From positions 1,212-65,211 of the forward strand of contig CAZWRS010000003.1 in NCBI GenBank assembly GCA_964636435.1: 64,000 nt of DNA, read 5' to 3'. The notes under the pieces were generated by a model. That model was not told where the DNA came from, searched no databases, and worked only from the letters and a program-made list of their open reading frames with translations. The stretch comes from an uncultured Candidatus Saccharibacteria bacterium. GTDB lineage: Bacteria; Patescibacteriota; Saccharimonadia; Saccharimonadales; JAGQNK01. Position numbers and translations under genes: made by a program. Positions 1 to 8,165 of the stretch are shown here, piece by piece (the stretch's first letter is position 1; each line of letters starts with the position of its first letter).

Positions 1-338
1 TTGGAGTAGCCGAGGTCGCGCAGCTCACGCGGTACAGGGCCGAAGATGCGGGTAGCACGCGGGTTCTTGTCGTCGCCAATAATGACCGCTGCGTTATCGT
101 CAAAGCGGATCGTTGAGCCGTCCTTGCGCTTGATGCTATCGCGGGTGCGTACGACAACTGCCTTTACGACTGATTTCTTCTTGACGTTACCAGTCGGGCT
201 GGCCTGCTTAACGGTGGCGGTAATAATATCACCGACACGAGCGTAGCGACGGCGGGTACCGCCGAGAACGCGGATACACAGGATTTCCTTAGCACCACTG
301 TTATCGCAGACGATGAGACGGGATTCTTGCTGAATCAT
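1..338 (-). CDS. rplN: 50S ribosomal protein uL14, partial (3' end beyond window edge)
   Basis: Absent from the ORF track because it runs off the window. My reverse-strand translation from ATG at 338 reads [67 protein letters not shown]..., a typical uL14 sequence. It follows rpsQ as in the S10/spc cluster. Confidence 0.9.
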   Translation of the reverse strand, partial: MIQQESRLIVCDNSGAKEILCIRVLGGTRRRYARVGDIITATVKQASPTGNVKKKSVVKAVVVRTRDSIKRKDGSTIRFDDNAAVIIGDDKNPRATRIFGPVPRELRDLGYS

Positions 339-339
339 A

Positions 340-663
340 TTACTTCTCCTCCTCCGCAGCTACCTCGGCCTTGTCACCTACAACCTCAGCGATTTCTGGA
401 TCAAGCTCCTCGACGTGGCTGATTGCCGCCCGCTCCAGTACCTTGTCCAGCGTGAAGCGCTTACGGGCACTAAGTGGCTTGGTCTCACTGATAACAACCT
501 TATCGCCAACATGTGCATCGTTCTGCTCGTCGTGGGCCATAAACTTCTTGGTTGAAGTGTATTGCTTCTTATAAATTGGGTGCGTCTTCCGTGTAGCGAC
601 TTTGACGATGATGGTCTTGTCGGCCTTATCAGAAGACACCACACCTACGAATGTCTTTGCCAT
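340..663 (-). CDS. rpsQ: 30S ribosomal protein uS17 with acidic C-terminal extension
   Basis: The 107-aa ORF begins [35 protein letters not shown]... and contains [13 protein letters not shown], typical of S17. It lies between rpmC and rplN. Confidence 0.95.
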   Translation of the reverse strand: MAKTFVGVVSSDKADKTIIVKVATRKTHPIYKKQYTSTKKFMAHDEQNDAHVGDKVVISETKPLSARKRFTLDKVLERAAISHVEELDPEIAEVVGDKAEVAAEEEK

Positions 664-863
664 TACACGGTCTCCTTAGTTAGCTGCTCACCCAGGACAG
701 TCAGGATGCGCGCCAGGTCTTTACGCTTTTCGCGGATGATGCGCACGTTCTGAACTTCGCCCATGTGTAAGCGACGTTTTAATTCTGCAATCTCCTCGCG
801 GAGCTTAGTGCTTTCAGCTGTCAGCTCAGCAGTGGTTTTCTTGCGGATATCAACAATTTTCAT
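663..863 (-). CDS. rpmC: 50S ribosomal protein uL29
   Basis: Internal start MKIVDIRKKTTAELTAESTKLREEIAELKRRLHMGEVQN is L29-like. The longer tracked ORF (to 971) would overlap rplP, so it is trimmed to the ATG at 863. The stop overlaps the rpsQ start by 1 nt. Confidence 0.9.
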   Translation of the reverse strand: MKIVDIRKKTTAELTAESTKLREEIAELKRRLHMGEVQNVRIIREKRKDLARILTVLGEQLTKETV

Positions 864-867
864 GATG

Positions 868-1281
868 CTATGCCTCCTCCTTGACCAAGAATTTAGTCTT
901 GACGGGGAGTTTATGTGCGGCAAGTCGCATTGCCTCGCGAGCCACGTCTTCAGACACGCCCTGCATCTCAAACATGATAGTGCCCGGTCGGACTTTGGCT
1001 ACGAAAAACTCCGGGTTACCCTTACCACTACCCATCTTGGTACCGAGTGCCTTACGGGTGACGGGTGTGTGCGGGAAAACACGTATCCAGATCTTACCAC
1101 CACGCTTGACGTAGCGTGTCATTGCCTGACGGGCTGATTCAATCTGGCGGGATGTGATTCGCTCGTGACCCTGGGCCTGCAGTGCGAACTGTCCGAAAGC
1201 AATGTAGTTGCCACTAGTAGCTGGTCCGCGAACGCGGCCCTTGAACACCTTACGGTGCTTTGTTCGGTTTGGTAGCAACAT
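868..1281 (-). CDS. rplP: 50S ribosomal protein uL16
   Basis: [19 protein letters not shown]...[27 protein letters not shown] is the canonical L16 sequence. Confidence 0.97.
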   Translation of the reverse strand: MLLPNRTKHRKVFKGRVRGPATSGNYIAFGQFALQAQGHERITSRQIESARQAMTRYVKRGGKIWIRVFPHTPVTRKALGTKMGSGKGNPEFFVAKVRPGTIMFEMQGVSEDVAREAMRLAAHKLPVKTKFLVKEEA

Positions 1282-1282
1282 A

Positions 1283-1915
1283 TTAGTTTACCTCCCCTTT
1301 ATAGATCCATACCTTGATACCGATGATGCCAGAACCTGGATACTTGGCTCGGGCTGCGTGATAATCAATATCAGCGCGCAGGGTATGCAGCGGCACAGAA
1401 CCTTCAACGATTTTCTCACGGCGGCTCATTTCCGCACCACCAAGACGACCGGAAACCTCGATGCGGATACCCTTCGCGCCAGCACGCATAGTCGCAGCAG
1501 CTGCTTGTTTGGTTGCACGGCGGAAGGCAATACGACGCTCCAGCTGGTGTGCAATGTTCTCAGCAACCAACTTGGCGTACAGTTCCGGCTTCTTGATTTC
1601 TTCAATATTGACACGGACGGGAATGCCGTAAATTTTTTCGATAGCAGCTTTTAGCTCCTGCGCACCGGAACCGCCGCGACCGATGACAACACCAGCTTTA
1701 GCGGTCGTGATCGTGACAGACACGAGGTTAGGTGAGCGTTCGATATCAACTTGGTTGATCGCCCCGCGACTACCGACCTTCTCTTGAACCAGCTTGCGTA
1801 CTGCCAGATCCTGGTTCAGAAACTTTGCGTAATCCTGCTTGTTGGCGAACCACTTGCTCCGCCAGTTCTTATTGACCTGGAGACGCATGCTAATTGGATT
1901 GACTTTCTGTCCCAT
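1283..1915 (-). CDS. rpsC: 30S ribosomal protein uS3
   Basis: [24 protein letters not shown]... with a KH-domain GRGGSG motif. The position is syntenic. Confidence 0.97.
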   Translation of the reverse strand: MGQKVNPISMRLQVNKNWRSKWFANKQDYAKFLNQDLAVRKLVQEKVGSRGAINQVDIERSPNLVSVTITTAKAGVVIGRGGSGAQELKAAIEKIYGIPVRVNIEEIKKPELYAKLVAENIAHQLERRIAFRRATKQAAAATMRAGAKGIRIEVSGRLGGAEMSRREKIVEGSVPLHTLRADIDYHAARAKYPGSGIIGIKVWIYKGEVN

Positions 1916-2331
1916 TACTTGCTCTCCTTCACAGCTTTAGTTTTCGATGCTGGCTTCGCTGGCTGCTTCGGCGCACGCTTTTCACCATCCACTGTCACAA
2001 AAATATGTGATGTGCGGCGCTGGAACGGTAACGCACGGCCATGTGCTGCAGGGCGGTACCGCTTGAAGCGCGGTCCAGGGCTGACTTGGATAGAAACGAT
2101 CTGGAGGGTGTCAGCTTTGTAGTTGTGGTTGTGGTCTGCATTAGCGCGGGCGCTCTCGATAACCTTGCGAACGGGCTCGGCTGCGCGCCGCGGTGTATGT
2201 TCTAGGATAGTGAGCGCGTCAGCAACGCTGCGGCCACGGACTAGAGCGGCAACAACGCCAATTTTACGCGGGCTCATACGAACACCCTTGGCTGCTGCCT
2301 TGACACCAGTAGGTACAGTCTTGCTAGCCAT
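1915..2331 (-). CDS. rplV: 50S ribosomal protein uL22 with basic N- and C-terminal extensions
   Basis: Core sequence RMSPRKIGVVAALVRGRSVADALTILEHTPRRAAEPVRKVIESARANA is L22. It shares a 1-nt TAATG-type overlap with both neighbours. Confidence 0.95.
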   Translation of the reverse strand: MASKTVPTGVKAAAKGVRMSPRKIGVVAALVRGRSVADALTILEHTPRRAAEPVRKVIESARANADHNHNYKADTLQIVSIQVSPGPRFKRYRPAAHGRALPFQRRTSHIFVTVDGEKRAPKQPAKPASKTKAVKESK

Positions 2332-2606
2332 TATTTCTTCCCTTTCGCGAGCTTACCACCGTGGCTGCGGAACTTACGCGTTGGTGCAAATTCACCAAGC
2401 TTGTGTCCGACCATGTTCTCGGTGACGAATACCGGTACGTGGACTTTACCGTTGTGTACAGCGATGGTGCGACCAACAAACTCCGGGCTGATGGTACTTG
2501 CCCGTGCCCAGGTTTTAATGATCGTACGATCGTCAGCTCCGAGTGCCGCCACTTTCTTGGCGAGCTTCGGATCAATAAACGGCCCCTTCTTCAATGAACG
2601 ACTCAT
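2331..2606 (-). CDS. rpsS: 30S ribosomal protein uS19
   Basis: [15 protein letters not shown]...[35 protein letters not shown] is canonical S19. Confidence 0.97.
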   Translation of the reverse strand: MSRSLKKGPFIDPKLAKKVAALGADDRTIIKTWARASTISPEFVGRTIAVHNGKVHVPVFVTENMVGHKLGEFAPTRKFRSHGGKLAKGKK

Positions 2607-2618
2607 CTATAGGCTCCT

Positions 2619-3455
2619 TTATTTCCTCTTCGCCGCGTGACGACTGCGGACGATAAATTTAGTTGTACTCTTGCGGCGGCGCGTCTTGAAACCAAGCGTC
2701 TTTTGACCCCATGGTGTAACAGGCGCACGAGCCATTCGGTGACGACCACCATCACCACCACCGTGCGGGTGATCAGCTGCGTTCATGACCACACCACGAA
2801 CACCTGGACGGATACCCTTATGTCGTGAACGACCGGCTTTACCGACCTTGATGTTCTGATGCTGTACATTGCCAACCACACCAAGGCTGGCAGTGCAGGT
2901 CAAGTGAACCATACGCACTTCACCGCTTGGCAAACGAACCTGCGCATAATCACCCTCTTTAGCCATTAGCTGGGCGCTGGCACCAGCTGAGCGAACGATC
3001 TGCGCACCACGGCCAGGCTGCAGCTCAATAGCATGGATAACGCTACCTACGGGAATGTTCTTAAGCGGTAAGCGGTTACCGTTTTCAATGGCGACCTCTT
3101 CGCCGCTAGTGACTGTCTGGCCGATCTTCATACCACTGGCTGCCAGAATATAATGGTATTGATTATTCTGGTCCTTAATGCGGGCAATGCGGGCGCTACG
3201 GTTCGGGTCGTATTCAATGTGCTCGATGACAGCTTCAGTGCCAGTCGGCAGATTGAAGTTCACCAGTCGATAGAACTTGCGCGTACCGCCACCACGATGG
3301 CGGGTCGTAATACGGCCCTGGTTGTTGCGGCCAGAGTTCTTCTTTTTGATAACGGTCAGGCTCTTGAGCGGTTTTTTGGTAGTTATGGCGCTCATGTCCT
3401 GCGTCGTCATACCACGTCGGCCAGGAGTCGTCGGCTTGTATTGCTTAATAGCCAT
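2619..3455 (-). CDS. rplB: 50S ribosomal protein uL2
   Basis: MAIKQYKPTTPGRRGM...VMNAADHPHGGGDG is canonical L2. Confidence 0.98.
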   Translation of the reverse strand: MAIKQYKPTTPGRRGMTTQDMSAITTKKPLKSLTVIKKKNSGRNNQGRITTRHRGGGTRKFYRLVNFNLPTGTEAVIEHIEYDPNRSARIARIKDQNNQYHYILAASGMKIGQTVTSGEEVAIENGNRLPLKNIPVGSVIHAIELQPGRGAQIVRSAGASAQLMAKEGDYAQVRLPSGEVRMVHLTCTASLGVVGNVQHQNIKVGKAGRSRHKGIRPGVRGVVMNAADHPHGGGDGGRHRMARAPVTPWGQKTLGFKTRRRKSTTKFIVRSRHAAKRK

Positions 3456-3796
3456 TACTTCTTCTCCTTCTTCGCAGGCTTCTCGGCCTTCTTATCTTCC
3501 TCTTCGCTGGCAAAGAGTGCGATGGAATCGCCTTCTTTGAGCGTTACGTAGGCTTTCTTAAAATCGCTTGTCCGACCTGCAACCGGTCGACCACCCTTGC
3601 GGATGGTACGCTTGGCCTTGCCTTTGGACACAATCGTATTGACAGTCGTAACGGTTACGCCGAACTGCGCCTCCACGGCACGGGCGATCGATAGCTTGTC
3701 CGCTCGCTTATCAACGGCAAAGACATAGACGTTGCTTTGGGCCTGCGCATACGCCTTTTCGCTGACGCGTGGCTTGAGTACAAGTGTCTTGCTCAT
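3455..3796 (-). CDS. rplW: 50S ribosomal protein uL23 with Lys/Glu-rich C-terminal tail
   Basis: LKPRVSEKAYAQAQSNVYVFAVDKRADKLSIARAVEAQFGVTVTTVNT is L23-like. The position between rplD and rplB is syntenic. Confidence 0.93.
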   Translation of the reverse strand: MSKTLVLKPRVSEKAYAQAQSNVYVFAVDKRADKLSIARAVEAQFGVTVTTVNTIVSKGKAKRTIRKGGRPVAGRTSDFKKAYVTLKEGDSIALFASEEEDKKAEKPAKKEKK

Positions 3797-4434
3797 TACT
3801 TCTCACCTCCTAGCCAATCACTTACAGCAGCGAGCGCGTCATTCGTAAAGACGATGCTGTCTGCGTTCATGACATCATAAACATTGACGTAGCGGGCCTG
3901 CACGAGCTTGACGTTTGACAGGTTACGGGTGGCGCGGACCAGCTCTTCGCCCTTATCAGCTACCACGACGAGTGTGTTGCGGGTGGCACCAATCTTCGTC
4001 AGTAGCTTGGCAGCTTCGGCAGTCTTGCCTTCCTTAACCTTCAAATCTTCAATAATAATCAGCTTCCCCGCGTCGGCAGCAACACTTAGTGCCTGGCGGA
4101 TAGCCTGACGCTTCGCGTTCTTGGACATGCTGTGCGTGTAGTTCTCCTCGCCTGATGGACCAAAAACCACGCCACCACCACGCCATACCGGCGTGCGGCT
4201 GGAGCCAACACGTGCCCGGCCAGTGCCTTTCTGCTTCCAGGGCTTACGGCCACCACCGCTTACAAGACCGCGCGTCTTGGTTTTAGCCAGGTTTTCACGG
4301 CCGTTGGCGAGGTAAGCCACGTAGGCTTCTTTGATAAGGTCATGGCTCTCAGGTACTACCGCAAAAACTGACTTGTCCAGCTTGGCGGCAGTCGCGGCCT
4401 TGGTGCCCGACTTGGTGTACGTAGCTACAGCCAT
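3796..4434 (-). CDS. rplD: 50S ribosomal protein uL4
   Basis: GGGRKPWKQKGTGRARVGSSRTPVWRGGGVVFGP is the L4 signature. Confidence 0.95.
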   Translation of the reverse strand: MAVATYTKSGTKAATAAKLDKSVFAVVPESHDLIKEAYVAYLANGRENLAKTKTRGLVSGGGRKPWKQKGTGRARVGSSRTPVWRGGGVVFGPSGEENYTHSMSKNAKRQAIRQALSVAADAGKLIIIEDLKVKEGKTAEAAKLLTKIGATRNTLVVVADKGEELVRATRNLSNVKLVQARYVNVYDVMNADSIVFTNDALAAVSDWLGGEK

Positions 4435-5048
4435 TATTTTGCCTCCTTAATTAGGACTATACCTTTGCGTGGACCAGGAACAGCGCCCGTTACACCGATA
4501 ACGCCAAGTTCGGTATCAACAAACGCGACCTTCAGGTTGCGCACGGTTACCTGCTCAGCGCCCATTTGGCCAGACATCTTGGTGCCCTTAAAGATGTGCT
4601 GTGGGTACATCGAACCGATTGAGCCCGGCTTGCGAGTATTACCCTTGCCGCCGTGTGATTTGCTCTGGCGGTGAAAATTGTGACGCTTGATGGTGCCAGC
4701 AAAGCCTTTGCCCTTGCTAGTGCCAGTGACGCTAATCACATCGCCTGGCTCAAACACGTCAGCGTTGATTGCTTCGCCGACCTTGATAGATTCATCAATC
4801 TCGTCGATGCGGAACTCGCGCACAACTTTCGGTTGTACTTTTGATGCCTTGAAGTGGCCAGCCTGGGATTTACCCATGTTTTTGGCCGTCTCGGTACCGA
4901 GCTGAACAGCGGTATAGCCGTCTGTTTCATCGGTCTTGACTTGCGTAATGACGCAAGGACTAGCGGAAAGCAAGGTAACAGCCTGCACCACACCATCGTC
5001 ATTAATGGCGCTGGTCATGCCAACCTTTCTCGTGATAAGAGCTTTCAT
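4434..5048 (-). CDS. rplC: 50S ribosomal protein uL3
   Basis: MKALITRKVGMTS...FKASKVQPK...GKGFAGTIKRHNF is canonical L3. It is the first gene of the downstream part of the split S10 cluster. Confidence 0.97.
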   Translation of the reverse strand: MKALITRKVGMTSAINDDGVVQAVTLLSASPCVITQVKTDETDGYTAVQLGTETAKNMGKSQAGHFKASKVQPKVVREFRIDEIDESIKVGEAINADVFEPGDVISVTGTSKGKGFAGTIKRHNFHRQSKSHGGKGNTRKPGSIGSMYPQHIFKGTKMSGQMGAEQVTVRNLKVAFVDTELGVIGVTGAVPGPRKGIVLIKEAK

Positions 5049-5189
5049 AGTGACCCTTTACTTGTTATTCTTCGCGATTCTGTGTCATGAATCATGGCAC
5101 AAAAATGCTTGGCGTCCCCTGGTTTCCACCCCTGTTAGAGCAGACCTAGAGAAACTCACCAAGTACGAAAACTTTTGATATACCGGTAC

Positions 5190-5219
5190 AGATTAGCACA
5201 AAAAGCTAACACTAGTCAA
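5190..5219 (-). promoter_or_regulatory. Putative sigma-70-type promoter for the rplC-to-rplN transcription unit
   Basis: The minus strand reads TTGACT (5214-5219), an 18-nt spacer, then TAATCT (5190-5195). This lies about 135 nt upstream of the rplC ATG. Identified by pattern match only. Confidence 0.4.
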
Positions 5220-5241
5220 TATGTTGTGTATATTACAGTAA

Positions 5242-5517
5242 TCAGACGACGTAGTAGATGCCGAATGGAGCCCAAAACCCGACGAGCATTGCCACCAGAA
5301 GTACCCCGTACATAATCTTACGGTCATTCTTGAGCCGCTCCTTTCGGACGACTAGCAGCCCGGCTGCCAGACCGAGCGGCAGCGGCAATTGCCAGGAGTG
5401 ACCGTTCCCCACTTTGAGCCATAAGGATCCGAGAATCAAAACAATTACCAACTTCAAGAAGTAAACGCTGTCTACGTCCGTCTGTACTTTTGTCTTTTTT
5501 CTTTTGGTTTTAGCCAT
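5242..5517 (-). CDS. Hypothetical small polytopic membrane protein (about 91 aa, Lys-rich N-terminus, about 3 TM segments)
   Basis: The ORF reads MAKTKRKKTKVQTD then hydrophobic stretches (LKLVIVLILGSLWL, LPLGLAAGLLVV, GVLLVAMLVGFWAPFGIYY). ATG at 5517 is preferred over the tracked TTG at 5550. A perfect TATAAT (5525-5530) lies 7 nt upstream of the ATG. No family recognised. Confidence 0.5.
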   Translation of the reverse strand: MAKTKRKKTKVQTDVDSVYFLKLVIVLILGSLWLKVGNGHSWQLPLPLGLAAGLLVVRKERLKNDRKIMYGVLLVAMLVGFWAPFGIYYVV

Positions 5518-5567
5518 TACCGTGATTATAGCAGATGCACAGGCCTCCAACCCAAAGTACGAGGCGC

Positions 5568-6170
5568 CTAACCGGTCGGCGGCGTCAGTTCGCAGTTATG
5601 GGCGGCGAGCATCACGATAGTCACCGGATCAGTTGGGGCGAGTACTGCGTTATTCTCATCTACGATAAACTGCAAAGGGGGCATATCCGGAACTGAGGAT
5701 TGCACGACAATATACTCACCAAACTTTACCAGTTGGGCTGGCGCTGCGTGCGGATTCTCCTGCTCGCTCCAAGCGGGCCGCTCTATGTCATAGGCCGTGT
5801 CGGTCAGGCATGTCTGACCAACTTTGTGTGACAGCGTCGCGAGATTGTCACCTCTTACAAACGTATCGAGCTTACCTAGCAATCCATTACCACCCTCCAG
5901 CGTTCCGACGTGCACAGCTTTTGGCGTACTGACGGATGACAAAAATTCCATAGTGTACTTACCGAATGCATCTGCCTCAGTAAACAGCTTTTTGGTAGCT
6001 CGCTGCCTTTCGGCTTCTATCTCTGCATCTGATCGGCGGCGATGCAGATCGCCAAATAGATCAAGTCTGTCGTCTCGACCATAGTATCCGGCAAAAAGAC
6101 CCATCCCGAGAGCGAGAGCTCCGGCAAGCACGTTCTTTTTATATGACCTCTGCCTGATTTGCTCCGCCAT
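5568..6170 (-). CDS. Hypothetical membrane-anchored protein (200 aa, one N-terminal TM)
   Basis: A good SD (GGAGGG) lies 6 nt before the ATG at 6170, and TATAAT sits at 6198-6203. The N-terminal TM is VLAGALALGMGLFAGYY, followed by a charged helix and a soluble domain. No family recognised. Confidence 0.55.
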   Translation of the reverse strand: MAEQIRQRSYKKNVLAGALALGMGLFAGYYGRDDRLDLFGDLHRRRSDAEIEAERQRATKKLFTEADAFGKYTMEFLSSVSTPKAVHVGTLEGGNGLLGKLDTFVRGDNLATLSHKVGQTCLTDTAYDIERPAWSEQENPHAAPAQLVKFGEYIVVQSSVPDMPPLQFIVDENNAVLAPTDPVTIVMLAAHNCELTPPTG

Positions 6171-6221
6171 GCTGAGCCCTCCGCAATCAATACATGTATT
6201 ATATCGCTAATGTAAAATGAG

Positions 6222-6254
6222 AGATAAAACCGTCTGGCATCTTGCCAGACGGTT
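6222..6254 (-). terminator. Rho-independent terminator directly after rpsJ
   Basis: The minus strand reads AACCGTCTGGCA-aga-TGCCAGACGGTT (12-bp perfect stem, 6228-6254) followed by TTTTATCTC. It starts 34 nt after the rpsJ stop. Confidence 0.75.
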
Positions 6255-6287
6255 CATAGCCATTGCCAAGGTGGCGGCTCAAGCAAT

Positions 6288-6641
6288 CTACATCTTTATT
6301 TCGGCGTCACAGCCAGCAGGGAGCGATAGGTTCATCAGTGAGTCGATCGTCTTTGGTGTCGGCTCAAGCACGTCGATCAAGCGCTTATGCACCCGCATCT
6401 CAAACTGTTCACGTCCTTTTTTGTACACGTGAGGGCTCTTGACGACAGTATAGAGTGTCTTCTTGGTTGGCAGTGGAATTGGTCCGGCTACCGTTGCGCC
6501 AGTACGTAACGCTGTTTCGATAATCTGCTTAGCAGACTGATCAATTACCTTGTGGTCGTATGCCTTCAAGCGGATACGAATACGCTGCTTGCCCGCAGGC
6601 GAATCTGCCTTCTTGGCAGCTGTTTTTTTGGCTTCAGCCAT
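6288..6641 (-). CDS. rpsJ: 30S ribosomal protein uS10 with Lys/Ala-rich N-terminal extension
   Basis: [41 protein letters not shown]...HKRLIDV is canonical S10. The SD AAGGAGAG lies upstream. Confidence 0.97.
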   Translation of the reverse strand: MAEAKKTAAKKADSPAGKQRIRIRLKAYDHKVIDQSAKQIIETALRTGATVAGPIPLPTKKTLYTVVKSPHVYKKGREQFEMRVHKRLIDVLEPTPKTIDSLMNLSLPAGCDAEIKM

Positions 6642-6730
6642 TGATAACTCTCCTTGTGATGTAACATCTTTGTAGCCTTATTGAGAAAGCTTACAACGAC
6701 TTTTAGTCACCACGATTAATTTACCAGTGC

Positions 6731-6759
6731 ATTCTACAACAGAAAGACACTGCTGTCCA
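6731..6759 (-). promoter_or_regulatory. Putative promoter for rpsJ
   Basis: The minus strand reads TGGACA (6754-6759), a 17-nt spacer, then TAGAAT (6731-6736), about 85 nt upstream of the rpsJ ATG. Pattern match only. Confidence 0.45.
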
Positions 6760-6811
6760 GATGACGCGACGCCTTTAACGTACCGAACGTGGTACAGCAG
6801 CGTAAAATATT

Positions 6812-6839
6812 AAAGAGCTTCGCACCCGCGAAGCTCTTT
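6812..6839 (-). terminator. Rho-independent terminator after tuf
   Basis: AAAGAGCTTCGC-gggt-GCGAAGCTCTTT is a 12-bp perfect stem, followed by AATATTTT on the minus strand. It starts 28 nt after the tuf stop. Confidence 0.7.
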
Positions 6840-6866
6840 AACGTAGCTAGGCTTTTTACCTAAGTA

Positions 6867-8048
6867 CTACTTGTTGATCTTGGTTACAACACCAGCACCA
6901 ACGGTCCGGCCACCTTCACGGATTGCGAAGCGCAGACCCTGCTCCATGGCAATTGGGGCAAGGAGCTTAACCTTGAAGGTTACGGTGTCGCCAGGCATGA
7001 CCATTTCCTTGTCAGCTGGCAGCTCGACTTCACCGGTAACGTCAGTGGTTCGGAAGTAGAATTGAGGCTTGTAGCCTTTGAAGAACGGCGTATGACGACC
7101 ACCTTCTTCTTTGGTCAAGATATAGACTTCAGCATCAAATTCGGTGTGTGGTGTGATAGAACCTGGTTTTGCCAGCACCTGGCCGCGCTCGATGTCATCA
7201 CGCTCAACACCGCGCAACAGTACACCGACATTGTCACCAGCCTGGCCTTGGTCTAGGTTCTTCTTGAACATCTCAACACCAGTTACGACGGTCTTGCGTG
7301 GTTCGCGAATACCAACGATTTCAACTTCGTCGTTGATCTTTACGATACCTTGCTCGATACGCCCGGTAGCCACCGTACCACGTCCCTTAATTGAGAAAAC
7401 GTCTTCGATAGGCATCAGGAATGGCTTGTCCAGCTCGCGCTTTGGCTCTGGGATAAACTCATCCATTGCCTTGACGAGCTCCATGATGGCGTTTTCTGCG
7501 TCTGCGTCGCCTTCAATAGCTTTGAGCGCTGAGCCCTTGATAATCGGCGCATCTTCATCAAAGCCGTTCTTAGCGAGCAGCTCCCGGATGTCCATCTCAA
7601 CAAGTTCAACAAGCTCTGGATCAGCGAGATCCATCTTGTTCATAAATACGACGATTTTTGGCACGCCGACCTGGCGCGCAAGCAGAACGTGCTCACGTGT
7701 CTGGGGCAGTGGGCCATCGTTTGCACCAACGACGAGGATAGCACCGTCAACCTGAGCGGCACCGGTGATCATGTTCTTGACGTAGTCGGCATGTCCTGGC
7801 ATGTCCACGTGTGCGTAGTGCCGATTTTCTGACTCATACTCGTTGTGAGAAGTAGCGATAGTGATACCACGCTGTTTTTCTTCTGGTGCGTTGTCAATCT
7901 GGTCATAAGCAACTGGCTTGTTGACATCAGTTGGCAACTTCTTTGCTAGTACTGCGGTAATAGCTGCAGTAAGGGTGGTCTTACCGTGGTCGACGTGGCC
8001 CATGGTTCCTACGTTGACGTGCGGCTTTGATCTGTCAAAATCTGCCAT
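6867..8048 (-). CDS. tuf: Elongation factor Tu
   Basis: The 393-aa ORF carries [18 protein letters not shown] and NKMD GTPase motifs, with EF-Tu-like sequence throughout. Confidence 0.99.
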   Translation of the reverse strand: MADFDRSKPHVNVGTMGHVDHGKTTLTAAITAVLAKKLPTDVNKPVAYDQIDNAPEEKQRGITIATSHNEYESENRHYAHVDMPGHADYVKNMITGAAQVDGAILVVGANDGPLPQTREHVLLARQVGVPKIVVFMNKMDLADPELVELVEMDIRELLAKNGFDEDAPIIKGSALKAIEGDADAENAIMELVKAMDEFIPEPKRELDKPFLMPIEDVFSIKGRGTVATGRIEQGIVKINDEVEIVGIREPRKTVVTGVEMFKKNLDQGQAGDNVGVLLRGVERDDIERGQVLAKPGSITPHTEFDAEVYILTKEEGGRHTPFFKGYKPQFYFRTTDVTGEVELPADKEMVMPGDTVTFKVKLLAPIAMEQGLRFAIREGGRTVGAGVVTKINK

Positions 8049-8132
8049 GTAGATTTATCTCCTGATTATTAATTATTTTTTCGAGGTCCATATTGCATAT
8101 TACAGCAACGCCCTCACGCGAGTTACCAGCTT

Positions 8133-8161
8133 ATCTTATCTGATAATAGTGTGATTGTAAA
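8133..8161 (-). promoter_or_regulatory. Putative promoter for tuf
   Basis: The minus strand reads TTTACA (8156-8161), a 17-nt spacer, then TAAGAT (8133-8138). Pattern match only. Confidence 0.35.
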
Positions 8162-8165
8162 GCAT

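Noticed and set aside
663-971. Several tracked ORFs have longer N-termini than I annotated: rpmC to 971, clpP to 22802, rsmD to 29014, tyrS to 36750, PBP from 36680 and pepN from 46747.
   Set aside because: The extensions overlap upstream genes or consist of non-homologous, Cys- or Arg-rich sequence. Internal ATGs restore family-typical N-termini and sensible RBS or -10 context.
7144-7755. A 203-aa plus-strand ORF lies antisense to tuf. Similar long antisense ORFs lie at 18750-19277 in rpoB, 46143-46622 in nusA, 28487-29056 in rsmD, 51132-51985 in the malic enzyme gene and 54879-55480 in the CAP gene.
   Set aside because: Each lies entirely inside a confidently recognised gene on the other strand. 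The translations are low-complexity (Ser/Arg/Leu/Pro/Thr-rich) with no motifs or plausible RBS. This is typical of stop-free antisense frames in moderately GC-rich coding DNA.
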